A program made the position numbers and the translations under genes. A stretch of DNA of 64,000 bases from Eledone cirrhosa (taxonomy: Eukaryota), in the NCBI GenBank assembly GCA_964016885.1, contig OZ024741.1, positions 205,778,001 to 205,842,000 of the forward strand. Direction: 5' to 3'. The notes beneath the pieces are model-generated. The model worked only from the letters and a program-made list of their open reading frames with translations, searched no databases and was not told the origin of the DNA. Positions 62,655 through 64,000 of this stretch are shown here, piece after piece (the first letter of the stretch is position 1; every line of letters begins with the position of its first letter).

Positions 62655-62987
62655 TGAAGGCGCATGGCTTAGTGGTTGGAGCTTTGGGCTTGCAATTGAG
62701 AGGTTGTGAATTCGATTCTTGGACCGGGTGATATGTTGTGTTCTTTAGCAAGACACTTTATTTCATGTTGCTCCAGTTTACTCAGCAGTAGAAATGGGGT
62801 GTACTGGTGCCAAGCTGTATTGGTCATTGTCTTTCCCTTGGACAACATCGGTGGCACGGAGAGGGGAGACTGGTATGCATGGGCGACTACTAGTCTTCCA
62901 CAAAACAAACCATACCCAGGCTTGTGCCTCGGAGGGAAACTTTCTAGGTGCAAAACCATGGTCATTCGTGACCGAGTGGGGCCTTTG
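62655..62987 (+). mobile_element. tRNA-derived SINE with 12-bp TSD, inserted in an RTE relic
   Basis: AAATTAATAGTG at 62643-62654 and 62988-62999. Same head and core as the SINE at 26028. Confidence 0.85.
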
Positions 62988-64000
62988 AAATTAATAGTGG
63001 AGGGGAGTGCTCAAAAAGCATAGTAGCCAGCATAAGAATGGGGAGCAAAAAGTTTTAGGAGCTACTACTTCTGCTGGCAACAAAATGTGAAGGGTAGATA
63101 ACATCTCTGCTATTTGATTTATTTTTGAAAATTTTTGTCTGAATGAATTATTTGTGAATTTTCTTTTATCCAGAAACTGAAATAAAATGATTACATAAAA
63201 ATGGTGAATTCAATCCACGATTTCCATAAATACATTATATATTTTTACATTCATAAGTTATCTTGTGAATATTTCAGAGAAAATAATTCCTTTACAGTAA
63301 GAACAGCAATATTAATTAACTCTTTCCTGATTGTTAAAGGTGTTTTCAGTTGTCGATCTTCACTATATAAAAAACTCACTGGAAAAATTAATTCACCTTC
63401 ACTTTATTGTCAATTTTAATTTCTTATCAATTTCATTTCTTCAGTTGGATCAAGGACATGACAACCTCCTTAGTGCTGGTGCCATGATAAAATCACCCAA
63501 TTCACTCCGTAAAGCAGTTGGTATTAGGAAAGGCATCAAGCAAAATTGGAATATATGTGAGGTGTGACTCCTGGCCCATATAGGAGAGCAGTAGCTCCAA
63601 TTAAGCACTGACTTTGTTTGCAGCAACACGACAAACCCATGTCAACATGGAAGAGTAGATATTAGATGATGATGATATATGAGCAGAACATGTGAAATAA
63701 ATCCGAGATGTTTCCATTTTATTAATTTGGGGATCAATTGTTAACATGAGGATATTGAGTCTTCCACCCACAGGCTGGAGACATGGCCAAAATACGAGCT
63801 TTGCACGTGCCTTCTCTAATTTATTGAAAAACGTTTGCTCGTCCAACAATAGGTCTGACTGGCAGAATTTGTTTTTGTTTCCTCTCATCTCTCTTCACGT
63901 GCACAATGCGAAATTCGGGTTCCCTTACATTCTCTCCCAAATGGCAGTTCTAGCTGTTTGAGTCCACCCCAACCACGTCTCATCTCAGTTCAACATCGAG

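Noticed and set aside
62250-64000. HAX1 exon 1 or the 95-aa ORF 63601..63888 as a gene
   Set aside because: No ATG-initiated phase-2 exon with HAX1-like N-terminal sequence was found. The ORF has no recognisable domain and runs into an RTE-type tail.

Overview
AT-rich, microsatellite-laden eukaryotic DNA made mostly of transposon debris. The SINE, RTE and microsatellite content suggests a mollusc, probably an octopus-type cephalopod; this is an inference. There is no prokaryotic operon, CRISPR array or rRNA. One host gene, hidden from the ORF track by splicing, can be reconstructed on the minus strand. It is HAX1-like, with six phase-compatible GT-AG exons (62248-62094, 60417-60299, 47275-47212, 46073-45943, 42900-42747, 39603-39458) and a polyA signal at about 39395; exon 1 appears to lie outside the window. 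Mobile elements include: a head-to-tail pair of R4/Dong-type RLE LINEs sitting in (TAA)n and nested in older antisense R4-type copies; three Tx1 (L1-clade) copies next to (TATC)n; two near-identical RTE LINEs whose RT is interrupted by a PHD-like finger; a CsRn1-type Ty3/gypsy element; mariner, hAT and piggyBac-type non-autonomous elements; tRNA-derived SINEs; and two minisatellites. The most unusual signals are a doubled tRNA-Trp primer-binding site about 30 nt long, a PHD-like finger inside the RTE RT, a duplicated frameshifting splice acceptor in the HAX1-like gene, family-specific microsatellite targeting, and many near-perfect fold-back palindromes. Coordinates were read by eye, and TE borders are approximate.
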